From positions 2,816,001 through 2,880,000 of the forward strand of contig CAXXLZ010000002.1 of assembly GCA_963675595.2 (NCBI GenBank): a DNA stretch of 64,000 bases. Direction: 5' to 3'. Below the pieces are notes generated by a model. It was given only the letters and a program-made list of their open reading frames with translations, was not told where the DNA came from and searched no databases. This stretch comes from Thermodesulfobacteriota bacterium (GTDB lineage Bacteria; Desulfobacterota; Desulfarculia; JACQYL01). Position 1 is the stretch's first letter. Each line of letters opens with the position of its first letter. This document shows, in pieces, positions 1 through 9,597 of this stretch. Made by a program: the position numbers and the translations under genes.

Positions 1-277
1 CCAGATCCGACGGCTTCAACTGGAGCCGTTCGGCCAAGTCTCGGGGTTCCACACCGCCGGTTTCTTCGAGAATCCGGAGTATGTCGGACTGTAAAGTGCT
101 CAGATCCGTCGCACCTCCGGACGCGTCTTCCAGGCGTTTGGCGCTGTGGATGGCCCAAGGATCGCAAGTTCGGGACGGAGACAACACGTCCATATAGCAA
201 TCCTCACAAAGCACTCTTCCGAGATGTTCCCTTTTTTCTTCCGCAGAGACGGCGTCCCCGCAACGATCACATTCCAT
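1..277 (-). CDS. small Zn-ribbon (CxxC..CxxC) + winged-HTH-like protein, runs off window edge
   Basis: Not in ORF track; manual translation from ATG 277 (AGGAG upstream): MECDRCGDAVSAEEKREHLGRVLCEDCYMDVLSPSRTCDPWAIHSAKRLE...LQSDILRILEETGGVEPRDLAERLQLKPSDL. Confidence 0.75.
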   Translation of the reverse strand, partial: MECDRCGDAVSAEEKREHLGRVLCEDCYMDVLSPSRTCDPWAIHSAKRLEDASGGATDLSTLQSDILRILEETGGVEPRDLAERLQLKPSDL

Positions 278-295
278 CGTTTCTTCTCCTATCGC

Positions 296-1054
296 CTATC
301 GTGCCTGAAGTTCCGGATGGGATTCCAAATTCAGCACCACCACATGGACTTTGCCCGTGTCCTCTTCCACGAGCTGGAGCCTGAGCAGTCGAGCCGTGGG
401 AGTCTCCCCGGGGAAGAACAGAAAGCCGTGCGCCAGCGTCTTGGGCTCCACCGGCACGTTCTGAAGGCTCTTGTCTCTCAAGTCTGAAATGATTTCCCTC
501 CGAGCGTCCCCGGAGCCATAGCCTTGCGCCCCTCCAATGACCGCTCCGGCGGCGGCTCCGACCGCAGCGCCCTTGCCCAATGCGGCGGCGACATTACTCC
601 CGCCCACGATGCCGATGGCGGCTCCCACTATGGCACCGGCGGCCGCTCCAAGAAGGCCGCGATAAGCTCCTTCCTTGACCACGTCCTCGGCACTCGCATG
701 CTTGGTCGCCCGATCATAGGCCATGTCCCTGGACAAGACGGCCCATAGGTTCCCCTGCTCGTCTTCCAAAAAAGTCTGGGCTCCGTTAATCTTGAGGGGA
801 TGACTCCCCCGGTTGTTGAAAACCACCTGCACGGGAAGCATGCCCGCGCCGCGGATATCGAAACCGAAGGCATCTTGGGCTTCCTTGGGATCCGCATACG
901 CTTGGGCCGCCACCATGGCGCCGCCCACCTCCACAACGTTGGCATAGGACTCCGGACTCCTGAAAGGCAACGGTTTGGCTTTGTAGGCCGTGGAGCAACC
1001 GACCAACAACAACACGGCCAGGATCAGGAGCGGCACTCGCATAATCCGGTTCAT
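296..1054 (-). CDS. lipoprotein with glycine-zipper region
   Basis: Start re-set to ATG 1054 (GGAGG RBS); signal peptide with lipobox LVGC; GAAAGAIVGAAIG/GAAVGAAAGAVIGG glycine zipper. Confidence 0.75.
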   Translation of the reverse strand: MNRIMRVPLLILAVLLLVGCSTAYKAKPLPFRSPESYANVVEVGGAMVAAQAYADPKEAQDAFGFDIRGAGMLPVQVVFNNRGSHPLKINGAQTFLEDEQGNLWAVLSRDMAYDRATKHASAEDVVKEGAYRGLLGAAAGAIVGAAIGIVGGSNVAAALGKGAAVGAAAGAVIGGAQGYGSGDARREIISDLRDKSLQNVPVEPKTLAHGFLFFPGETPTARLLRLQLVEEDTGKVHVVVLNLESHPELQAR

Positions 1055-1448
1055 GAAGCAATCCTCCCCTTGGGTTCCTCGGCTCGAATTTTCAGTGGTC
1101 GAGCCGGAGTTGTCGACCGGAATACAACAGCAGGGCAACGAACCGCACCGTTGCATCCTATTTTGAACAGACCGCCTCCCGGCCAAAGCCGTTTAGACGG
1201 GATTCCGATCTGCTCATTCAAACGTACTCCGGACGGGAATTCAAGGCCTTGCCGTACCGGACCGGGAGCGTCGTTTCCTTGATTTTGTTTGACATGCCGG
1301 GGCTGTTTTGTTACCCACTAGAGATCGAATTAACCCATGGACGAAGGCGGTATGGAATCGAGTTTGGCTCAGGACCCATTCCCTGATCATAGTCGTCGAA
1401 ACGGCTCGCGCACCAACTCCTTCATGCTTGACGGGCAGGGCAGAGGCA

Positions 1449-2819
1449 ATGAACGAGAGAGGCTATCAATTGCTCCAAGACACTGTGGAGCGACTTCTGC
1501 GCCGTCATGCCACGAAGAACCTGACCAAGATACTTAATAAGACCCATCCCGCCGATATCGCACATCTTTTTAGACTCCTCAACGACAGATCCGCCCGCCA
1601 ACTTTTCGAAATCCTCCCGGAAGTCGAAAGCGCACCCTTGATTCTCTCCGAAATGGAGCCTAGAGTTCGCATCGATTTCTTTCATTTCGTGGATCTGAAA
1701 CGCGCCGCGGAGATCCTCTCCGACATGGCTTACGACGATGCGGCCGACCTTCTCGGTGATCTGCCTCAGGAACTCCGCGATCAGATTCTCGCTCTGATGC
1801 CGGACAAGGACACCGAGGAAGTAGCCGAACTCCTCAGCTATCCCGAGGACACGGCCGGCCGGATCATGACCACGGACTTCCTCAACGTCCCCGAAACCAT
1901 GGTGGCGCACGAAGCGGTCCACGAAGTGCGTAAGGCGGCGGAACGAGAGAACGTGTTCTATTTGTACGTCACGGACGGCCAAAAAAGACTGGTGGGCGTC
2001 CTTTCCTTGCGGCAGTTGGTCACCGCACCCGACGACACGCCCATGTCCGGCCTCATGACCAGAGACGTGGTCAAGGTGCGGGTGGACACGGACCAGGAAG
2101 AGGTTGCGCGGATGGTTTCCCGCTACGATCTGCTGGCCGTGCCCGTGGTGGATCACGCGGACGTCCTGGTGGGAATCGTTACGGTGGACGACGTCATCGA
2201 CGTTCTCAAAGAAGAAGCCACCGAAGACATGCTGAAACTCGCCGGTACGTCCGAAGAGGAAATCAGTTCATTCTCCGCGGCGCGAAGCGCAAAGGTTCGT
2301 TCGCCTTGGTTGCTCATCGCATGGATCGAGGGCGTCATCGCGGTCAACATCATCGGGGCCTTCGAGGTTCAATTCAATGCCCATCTACAGTTGTTCGCGG
2401 CTTTGGCCGCCTTTATTCCCATCATCAATGGAATGGGTGGAAACATCGGCACGCAAAGCCTGTCCATCACGCTCCGAGGGCTGGCCACGCACCGCATAGA
2501 CCCGAAACATCTTTGGAGGGTGTTAAGCAAAGAAGTGAGGGTGGGGTTGATGCTGGGGATCGCTTACGGGTGCCTGCTGGGAGTGGTGGGATATTTTCTC
2601 AAGCAGGACGTCATGCTGGGCGTCGTCGTGGGCATCGCCATGTGTACCAACATGACCATTGCGGCATTGGTCGGCACGTTTCTTCCGATTTTGGCGGTCA
2701 AGCTGAAAATCGATCCCGCTGTTGCGTCGGGGCCGTTTATCACGACCAGTATGGATATCCTGGGCGTATCTCTGTATTTTTTTACCGCTTATTTCCTGAT
2801 TGTCCGTCTAGCCCAATGA
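1449..2819 (+). CDS. mgtE: magnesium transporter MgtE
   Basis: N-domain HPADIA, tandem CBS domains, TM region with GMGGNIGTQ and DPAVASGPFITTSMD; start ATG 1449. Confidence 0.95.
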   Translation: MNERGYQLLQDTVERLLRRHATKNLTKILNKTHPADIAHLFRLLNDRSARQLFEILPEVESAPLILSEMEPRVRIDFFHFVDLKRAAEILSDMAYDDAADLLGDLPQELRDQILALMPDKDTEEVAELLSYPEDTAGRIMTTDFLNVPETMVAHEAVHEVRKAAERENVFYLYVTDGQKRLVGVLSLRQLVTAPDDTPMSGLMTRDVVKVRVDTDQEEVARMVSRYDLLAVPVVDHADVLVGIVTVDDVIDVLKEEATEDMLKLAGTSEEEISSFSAARSAKVRSPWLLIAWIEGVIAVNIIGAFEVQFNAHLQLFAALAAFIPIINGMGGNIGTQSLSITLRGLATHRIDPKHLWRVLSKEVRVGLMLGIAYGCLLGVVGYFLKQDVMLGVVVGIAMCTNMTIAALVGTFLPILAVKLKIDPAVASGPFITTSMDILGVSLYFFTAYFLIVRLAQ

Positions 2820-2846
2820 AAGCGTCGGGCCGTGCTGCGGACGGCC

Positions 2847-3275
2847 TTATTCCTCCGGCGGTTTTTCATAGGGAAAGGGCTCGTCGTAACTCCCCGCCGC
2901 ATTTAGGTCGTCTTCATCCATTGAATCCGTGAGCATGTGGCAAAACCCGTCCAGCAGTCCCCCCAAAGCGATGGAGACGCTCCGCGCTTCCACGTTTCCT
3001 CGAATCCTGCCCGTTGCCCCGACGTTCAGTTGTTCGTAGGCGACGATGTTTCCCTTTACGGATCCGTTGACCATCACCTGGTTCGACACGATGTCCGCTT
3101 CGACCCGGCTTTCCTTGCCCAGGATCACCTGGCCCTTGCTTTCCACTTTGCCCTTGATGTTTCCCTGCACAAGCATACTGTTGTTCAGGAGGATGATCCC
3201 CTCGAACACACAATCCGATCCAATGACCGTTTCTATCTTTTCGTTGTCGACGGACCGCTTTTCCTGTTTCTTCAT
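2847..3275 (-). CDS. bactofilin (polymer-forming cytoskeletal protein)
   Basis: ETVIGSDCVFEG...VQGNIKGKV...VNGSVKGNIVA...GRIRGNVEARSVSIALGGLLDGFCHM beta-helix repeats; acidic tail. Confidence 0.9.
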   Translation of the reverse strand: MKKQEKRSVDNEKIETVIGSDCVFEGIILLNNSMLVQGNIKGKVESKGQVILGKESRVEADIVSNQVMVNGSVKGNIVAYEQLNVGATGRIRGNVEARSVSIALGGLLDGFCHMLTDSMDEDDLNAAGSYDEPFPYEKPPEE

Positions 3276-3304
3276 GCCTTAAGCCCGCAGAGACCTGTGA
3301 AGGG

Positions 3305-4405
3305 TCAGACGCTGAAAGGCCCGAACGCGTTTTCCTCGGACATGGCGGCGATGAGGGCGCCCTTCACGGTACTCGTCAATGGGTCGTCGGCCTTCCGTAC
3401 TTCCGAAATCCGTATGGGCAAACTGTATTCACTGAGTACTTTTTCGAAGGCGTCTCGAAAGCCGTTGGGACACACCGTTCCTCCCGCCAATACCATGGGC
3501 AAGGCGCTCAGGGAAGGAGGCATTTTCTTCTCTTCCTTGAGATGGGCTTCAATGTTGCTCGCCAAATGATGCATCACTTCATTGTAGAAAATGTGGAGCG
3601 CGTTTTCGATGCGGCTGCGCGGACTCCTGCCCAAATCGCACTCGTTTTCCTTGGCCAGACGAACGTCCGTGGGGTTCATATTGAGCACCGTGGCCGCCGA
3701 ATGATCGATATAATCCCCCGCCTTGGGAACCGAAAAAGAGAAAATGGGAAGAGACATGTAGGACAGGCAGACGTTGCACATACCCCCGCCGATGCTGACT
3801 CCGATCCCCGTAAAATTGTTGTCCGAAAGCTCGGAAAGAATCACGGCGTGGCCCTCATTGATCACCTTGACTTGGTACCCCATGGACATCAGGAAATTCC
3901 TGAAGATCGCCTCATGATATACCAGCCGCTCGGCTCCGTTTCTTGGAGCGGCGGGGATGCTCAGACACAGGGATTCACCCAAAGTGGCGGGGCGCTGTAT
4001 CAGGGTTTGAATGATCCGCTCGATCACTTTCTGCCCCAAGTCTTCGGCCGCGTTCAACAAACCGTGTCGCATGGGTCTGCGGGTTTCGGCCATGAACATG
4101 ACGGAGAACTTTTCGGCCGCGTTGCCCATGATATACATCTGGTTCCCGTCGGCGAAATAGTCCACGCGGTTCTTGTCCAGAATATCCAGGGCGAATTGGA
4201 CGTAAGGAACCGTGAAGAAAGCATTGAGCTGCCGTTTGGTCTCGATAACTTCGCCCTTCTTCTGACACATGACGATATAGCACGTGCCGATATCCAGACC
4301 CACGGGGCCCGTGGGACCCTCAGGCTTCTCATCAACGGCCTTCTCGGTGCTGACGATTGTCGCTTCAGACACGTTCATCGCTGTTTCTCTAAGGTCTTCG
4401 GTCAT
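3305..4405 (-). CDS. actin-like ATPase, volactin/Mad28-like
   Basis: Phosphate-1 GLDIGT, RRPMRHG, INEGHAVI, phosphate-2 GVSIGGGMCNVC, adenosine VLAGGT, C-terminal DPLTSTVKGAL. Confidence 0.85.
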   Translation of the reverse strand: MTEDLRETAMNVSEATIVSTEKAVDEKPEGPTGPVGLDIGTCYIVMCQKKGEVIETKRQLNAFFTVPYVQFALDILDKNRVDYFADGNQMYIMGNAAEKFSVMFMAETRRPMRHGLLNAAEDLGQKVIERIIQTLIQRPATLGESLCLSIPAAPRNGAERLVYHEAIFRNFLMSMGYQVKVINEGHAVILSELSDNNFTGIGVSIGGGMCNVCLSYMSLPIFSFSVPKAGDYIDHSAATVLNMNPTDVRLAKENECDLGRSPRSRIENALHIFYNEVMHHLASNIEAHLKEEKKMPPSLSALPMVLAGGTVCPNGFRDAFEKVLSEYSLPIRISEVRKADDPLTSTVKGALIAAMSEENAFGPFSV

Positions 4406-4508
4406 CGGACCCTCCCCTTCCCCTCATCGAGTCTCATGATTCGGTCGCCGCCTGGTCGGACCATTAGCTTTGCCTCTCCGATATAACCGACTGGTAACCA
4501 TCGATCCG

Positions 4509-5888
4509 TTATCTGCACGCGGCCAGTTCTTCTTCCTTTTCCCGAAGGCTCTTGGACAGCGAGCCGTACTGCAAATTCCACCGCGCCAGTTCTTCACTCT
4601 GTCTTTGCTTCTCGAGTTCGAGCCTTTCCGCCAGTTTTTCCTTCGCTTCCACCGCCCGAATGATTTCTTCTTCCACGTTTCGAAGCCTGATCTCGAGCGC
4701 GCGGTTCACCCTCACCAACTTTGCGGCCCGGTTTCGCCACTCGGCCGCCTTGGCGTAGATCTCCACCTCGGTCAACTCCCGGGTCAAATCATCGGCCGAG
4801 ATTTCCGGCATCTCCTCCAATCCCTTGACCCCCTTAAACTCTTCCACCTGTTCCGCAAGGGATCGGTTCTCCTCGATCAAACGCTCCTGTTCCGTCCGCG
4901 CTGCATCGAAACGAGACCGGAGGCTTTCACATTCCGCCTCGACGCTCAGTAACCTTGCCAGACATTGGTCCTTGATCGAAGTCTCCTGCGACAGCCGTAA
5001 GCGCAGGGAGCTCACATCTTCAAGGCTCTCGGCATGCTCCTGTTCCAGCGTCTGCAATCGTGCGCCGAGATCAATACTTTCCGATTGGAATCGTTCGAGA
5101 TCGGCCGACATCCGAGACACTCGTTGCTCCGCCTCGGCGGATTCATTTTGAGCCCGAGAAAGTTCTTGAGCAAGCCGGTCCCGTTCCTCGGACAGCTCGG
5201 AAACTTGGGAATTGAGAACGTCGTTTTCTTCCCGATACAAGAGGCAATCCTCGGCGGCCCGTTTGCCGGCTTCCGCCTCCTCCGCCACCTTCTCATTCAA
5301 ATATTGGATTTGCTGCTCGGCCTCGGCAAGGTGTTTCAGAGCCCGAACAAGTCGTTCCTCTTCGGATTCGGAAACCTCCGCCGGATTCTCCTGCTGCGAG
5401 GTCAGTCGTTGGTACTGATCTTTGGCTCTTTCGATCTTTTCGGCGTCGGTCAATCGCTCCTTGGCCGGTTCGTGGGCAAGACCGGCGATGCCCTCCTTGT
5501 GCTTTTCCTTGAGCTGGCCAAACAGCTTGACGCCGCCCTTCACCACCTCGATAAAAGTCGAATTGGTCAACGGTTCCGTGAGGTAACGATGGATATGGCC
5601 TTCGTTCATCGCTTCGGAAACTCGGAGGTTGAGAGAGGGCGTGATCAGGATACGGACCACCCAGGGGCGGAGGTCTTTGAGCGATGCAAATAGTTCGGAC
5701 CAGGGAAGCCCGGGGAGATCGGCGTCGGCAATCACCACCTGAACATCGGATTTTTCTATCAGCTCGATGACTTTTGAGGCATCCTTGGCCGTGAAAACAT
5801 CGAAAACTGCTGGAAGGGCGTTGGCCAAAGTTTTCGCCATTCCCGGATTCCTGTGCGCTATGACGACGCGTGGTCTTCGGATGTCCAT
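4509..5888 (-). CDS. atypical receiver domain + long coiled-coil protein
   Basis: N-terminal REC-like fold (VQVVIADADLPG, RILIT, YLTEP) followed by ~300 aa E/K/R/L-rich heptad region; AGAGGA RBS. Confidence 0.75.
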   Translation of the reverse strand: MDIRRPRVVIAHRNPGMAKTLANALPAVFDVFTAKDASKVIELIEKSDVQVVIADADLPGLPWSELFASLKDLRPWVVRILITPSLNLRVSEAMNEGHIHRYLTEPLTNSTFIEVVKGGVKLFGQLKEKHKEGIAGLAHEPAKERLTDAEKIERAKDQYQRLTSQQENPAEVSESEEERLVRALKHLAEAEQQIQYLNEKVAEEAEAGKRAAEDCLLYREENDVLNSQVSELSEERDRLAQELSRAQNESAEAEQRVSRMSADLERFQSESIDLGARLQTLEQEHAESLEDVSSLRLRLSQETSIKDQCLARLLSVEAECESLRSRFDAARTEQERLIEENRSLAEQVEEFKGVKGLEEMPEISADDLTRELTEVEIYAKAAEWRNRAAKLVRVNRALEIRLRNVEEEIIRAVEAKEKLAERLELEKQRQSEELARWNLQYGSLSKSLREKEEELAACR

Positions 5889-6144
5889 GGGTTGTCCTCT
5901 ATCATCGGTCTTTCCGCCGGGCGTTTCCGTTCAGGGCGGGCTCGGCGAACACCCCGGGAGCCGGGACTTGTTGGAACAACTTGGCGGCCTTCGCCGGTGA
6001 AGCGGTAATCGGGGCCACCGGTCCGGGCCCCGGATGCCGTCCTTACGACCCCTGCTCTTCACTTGAGCCAGCCGGTCTTGAAGCGGTCGTGACCCCGAAT
6101 TGTGAATCGTCAGGGCAAGAACGGTCGGGTTTTCAGCACCGATG

Positions 6145-6173
6145 TGCATATCACGACGGTCTATTCAAGTCAA
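6145..6173 (-). promoter_or_regulatory. putative sigma-70 promoter for the coiled-coil/actin/bactofilin operon
   Basis: TTGACT-17nt-TATGCA with TG just upstream of the -10 box. Confidence 0.4.
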
Positions 6174-6205
6174 CTCCCTATTCTCACTGAATTTATCAGC
6201 GGAAC

Positions 6206-7540
6206 TCATCCCCCTTCCACCATCAGGACGATCTTGTCCACCACCTCTTCGGGATTTTCCCCGCAAACGATCATTTGAGGCTCCAGCGCGAATCCCCCCT
6301 CGTGCCGGAGAATGTCCGGCGGGATGTCGCTCACGGCGGGCGAAAACTTGATCTCCAAAGCCCCACCCGAGCCCCGAGCCTCCGTCCATTGGATCCCGTG
6401 GACGGACAGCCCCTCCTTCTCCGCCCTCTCCACGAACCCGTCAACGAGCTTGAGGTTGATCGCGGCTCGAATGGTGGGGAACAAAGCGGTCATTGCCGGG
6501 AGCAGATTCCCCATAAAAGGCGAAACTCCGAAGTCCGGTGGGCTGAACGCGCTGATTCCGTCATAGTACCGGACGATCCCTCCGGGAAAAGACGCCGTCT
6601 CCCCGACACTTGCAGCGCGAGGCAATGCATAGACCAGATCGGCGGGAACATTTGGAAGGAGATAAGTGGGTTTCAAATCCTCCAGGGTCCCAAGGGCTTC
6701 CTCCAGCTTCTCCACCATGATCCGTCTTTCGCGTTCCAGAGCGAGCTGAGCGAAATGATTGGTGGGGCCGTGGCCATGACCCAGGGGTAAAGCGTGCCGG
6801 ATCGCCAAATCAATAAAGGATCTGGCTTGCCGCACGGCCTCGGGTACCGAATGCCCGCAACCCAGTCCTGCCGCTATGGCTGCTGAAAACGTACACCCGG
6901 TGCCGTGGGTGTGAGGGGTATCGTACCGGACCGCCTCGAAATCAAGGAAATCCCGTCCGTCGTAAAGCATATCCACCGGAGAGCGAGGCATGTGCCCTCC
7001 CTTGACCACCACGTTTTCAGCCCCGAGCCCATGAATGATTCGGGCCGCTTCCTGCATGTCCCCTCGATCGGAAATCTCAAGCCCCGCAAGGATTTCCGCT
7101 TCCGGCACGTTGGGAGTCACCACGCGGGACAAAGGAATCAGCGCCTTCCTTACAGCCTCACGCGCCTCGGCAAGCAATAGAGCGTCTCCGCTTTTCGCGA
7201 CCATTACCGGGTCCACAACCAGGTTACGGATCCCGTGTTCCTTCACCTTGTCCGCAACCAGTTCGACAATGTCGGCACTGAGCAGCATCCCCGTTTTAGC
7301 TGCATCGACACCAATGTCTTCGGCTACCGCGTCGATCTGCAACGCAATGAAATCCAGCGGGACCTCGTGGATACCCTTCACCGCCGTGGTGTTTTGGGCG
7401 GTCAACGCGGTCAGTACGCTCATGCCGAAACCACCCAGCACGGTGATGGTCTTCAAGTCGGCTTGAATTCCCGCGCCTCCACCCGAATCGGACCCGGCGA
7501 TTGTCAAGATTCTTGGAATGGTCCGGTCTTCTCCGATCAT
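6206..7540 (-). CDS. thiD: hydroxymethylpyrimidine/phosphomethylpyrimidine kinase ThiD fused to ThiN-like domain
   Basis: TIAGSDSGGGAGIQADLKT, VDPVMVAKSG, THGTGCTFS, GHGPTNH; ~175 aa C-terminal extension resembling ThiN. Confidence 0.9.
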   Translation of the reverse strand: MIGEDRTIPRILTIAGSDSGGGAGIQADLKTITVLGGFGMSVLTALTAQNTTAVKGIHEVPLDFIALQIDAVAEDIGVDAAKTGMLLSADIVELVADKVKEHGIRNLVVDPVMVAKSGDALLLAEAREAVRKALIPLSRVVTPNVPEAEILAGLEISDRGDMQEAARIIHGLGAENVVVKGGHMPRSPVDMLYDGRDFLDFEAVRYDTPHTHGTGCTFSAAIAAGLGCGHSVPEAVRQARSFIDLAIRHALPLGHGHGPTNHFAQLALERERRIMVEKLEEALGTLEDLKPTYLLPNVPADLVYALPRAASVGETASFPGGIVRYYDGISAFSPPDFGVSPFMGNLLPAMTALFPTIRAAINLKLVDGFVERAEKEGLSVHGIQWTEARGSGGALEIKFSPAVSDIPPDILRHEGGFALEPQMIVCGENPEEVVDKIVLMVEGG

Positions 7541-7701
7541 GTCGGCCGCTCCTTCGTACGCAGGGGTGCACAGTCCAGGGAGGATCCGCGTCGGTCGCGA
7601 CGTGGATACCGGCCCGTGCGCGCTCCCTGTGCTTCACTGGATAATTTTTTTGGACCCGACTTCTTTCGCACCGGCAAATAGGTCTGCCTCCCAAGGGAGA
7701 A

Positions 7702-9597
7702 TCAGCCGGCCGCGTCCTCAAGGTCCAACTGGCAGAGATCGGCCTTTTCATCGAACCGAAACGCGATGCGAAACACGCCGTCCTCGGCCATGGTACGCAC
7801 TCGGTAACCGGTTCGGTAGAACACATTCAGCATCTTCCGATTGGTGCTCAATACGTAAGCGGTAAAGCCGGCAATACCGTTTGCTTTGGCGATCTCCGTC
7901 AGGAAATGCAACAGAAACGACCCGACGCCTTTGCGCTGCAACTCATGGCTCACGGTGAAGTCCACTTCGGCCATGTCCGAATTGGGTTCCATGAGATAGC
8001 GCCCCATGGCTACGATACGTTCCGCTCCGATGTCTCCCATGACTCCCACAATGGCCACGCCGTCCTCATAATCGATGTTGCACATGGCCTGCGTGTCGTA
8101 ATGGGAGAAGACCTTCATGTTGGAAAGAAATCGGTAATAGATGTCTTCTTTGGGCAGGGAATAAAAAAATTCCTGTAAAGGACGTTCATCCGTCGGCCGA
8201 ATGGACCGGAAGAAGACCCGAACATCGTCTTTGAAAGTCTGCCATGTTTCCAGGTTCGGGTAGGCCAGTTCCATGCCGGTTTCGAGAATCTGGTCCTCGT
8301 AGAGAAATTTCAGTTGTTTGGCTTCGGCCAGAAGCTTGTCCCGGAACTTGGGATGAGCGATGCTGATCAGGGCCAAGGCCCGCTCTCGAATCGTCAGACC
8401 GTGCAGGTTTGCAATACCGAACTCGGTGATCACATACTGAACGGAACCGCGCGTAATGACCACCCCGCTTCCTTCATCGAGATGTGTCACGATGCGGGAC
8501 CGTTTCCCATCCCTGCTGATGGAAGGCATGGCCACGATGTGCCTTCCGTTTTCGGACATGCGCGTACCCACCATGAAATCCACGTAACCGCCGATACCGC
8601 TCAATATCTGGTAGCCTCTCGAATCCGCGCATACCTGCCCCGTGATATCCACTTGAACGGCGGAGTTGATGGACACCATGTGATCATTGGCCGCTATGAC
8701 CGTAGGATTGTTTACGTGCTCCGTCGGATAAAACTGCACTTGCGGATTGTCCCTTACGAGATCGTAAAGCCGCTTTGTCCCGATGCAAAAGCTGGCGATG
8801 ATCCTTCCGGCATGCTTGGTCTTCATTCGGGAAGTCACCGCCCCGGATTCGATCAATTCCAGAAAGGCGTCGTGAAGCACGTCGGTATGGATGCCCAGGT
8901 CCTTCTTCCCTTTAAGCGCCCTGAGCGCCTCGACACAAACCGCGTTCATGCCCGCATGTATTGTCGACCCGTCCTCCACGAGCTTGGCGACCTGTTCTCC
9001 GATGCGCTCATGGATGGAACTGGGAGTGCTTGCCGCCCACTCCAAGAGCGGCTCCTCGTGCTCGACAATGATGTCCAAGTCGTTGACGTGAATGAAGCTG
9101 TCGCCCCAGACTCTGGGCATGGCCGGATTCACCTGTGCCACCACGGTCCTGGCGCTTTCCGCGGCGGCTTTGGTAATGTCCACACTAATGCCGTAAGAGC
9201 AAAAACCGTGTTTGTCGGGGGGCGAAACCTGAATCAGGGCCACATGGATGGGAACCCGACCCGAGGTGAAAAGAGCGGGAACGTCCCTCAAATAGATCGG
9301 CGTGTAGTCGGCGCGACCTTCGGATACGGCCTCTCGCGAACCCGATGCGATGTAGAAGGACTTGAGCCGGAAATGGCCGGCGAATTCCGCATTGGTATAA
9401 GCCCGTTTGCCCATGGAAAGGGCGTGCAGTATTTCAATATCGGAAATGTACCAGCGCAGGGAAGCCAAAGAGTTGACCAGATGCTGAGGCTCTCCGCAGC
9501 CGGACCCGATGAAGACGCGCTCTCCGGGTTTGATTACCTTCAACGCCGTCTCGGCATCTCTCTTCTTTGCCTGATAATCCTTTTCCCAATCATGCAT
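7702..9597 (-). CDS. acetyl-CoA hydrolase/CoA-transferase-like domain fused to GNAT acetyltransferase
   Basis: VSPPDKHGFCSYG, GQVCADS, SGIGGYVDF, VITEFGIANLHG; C-terminal GNAT (RSIRPTDE, AEVDFTV, QRKGVG); start ATG 9597 with AAGGA. Confidence 0.85.
   Translation of the reverse strand: MHDWEKDYQAKKRDAETALKVIKPGERVFIGSGCGEPQHLVNSLASLRWYISDIEILHALSMGKRAYTNAEFAGHFRLKSFYIASGSREAVSEGRADYTPIYLRDVPALFTSGRVPIHVALIQVSPPDKHGFCSYGISVDITKAAAESARTVVAQVNPAMPRVWGDSFIHVNDLDIIVEHEEPLLEWAASTPSSIHERIGEQVAKLVEDGSTIHAGMNAVCVEALRALKGKKDLGIHTDVLHDAFLELIESGAVTSRMKTKHAGRIIASFCIGTKRLYDLVRDNPQVQFYPTEHVNNPTVIAANDHMVSINSAVQVDITGQVCADSRGYQILSGIGGYVDFMVGTRMSENGRHIVAMPSISRDGKRSRIVTHLDEGSGVVITRGSVQYVITEFGIANLHGLTIRERALALISIAHPKFRDKLLAEAKQLKFLYEDQILETGMELAYPNLETWQTFKDDVRVFFRSIRPTDERPLQEFFYSLPKEDIYYRFLSNMKVFSHYDTQAMCNIDYEDGVAIVGVMGDIGAERIVAMGRYLMEPNSDMAEVDFTVSHELQRKGVGSFLLHFLTEIAKANGIAGFTAYVLSTNRKMLNVFYRTGYRVRTMAEDGVFRIAFRFDEKADLCQLDLEDAAG

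Noticed and set aside
2847-5888. Magnetosome island
   Set aside because: Only a Mad28-like actin; no mamABEKMOPQ or other recognisable mad genes in the window
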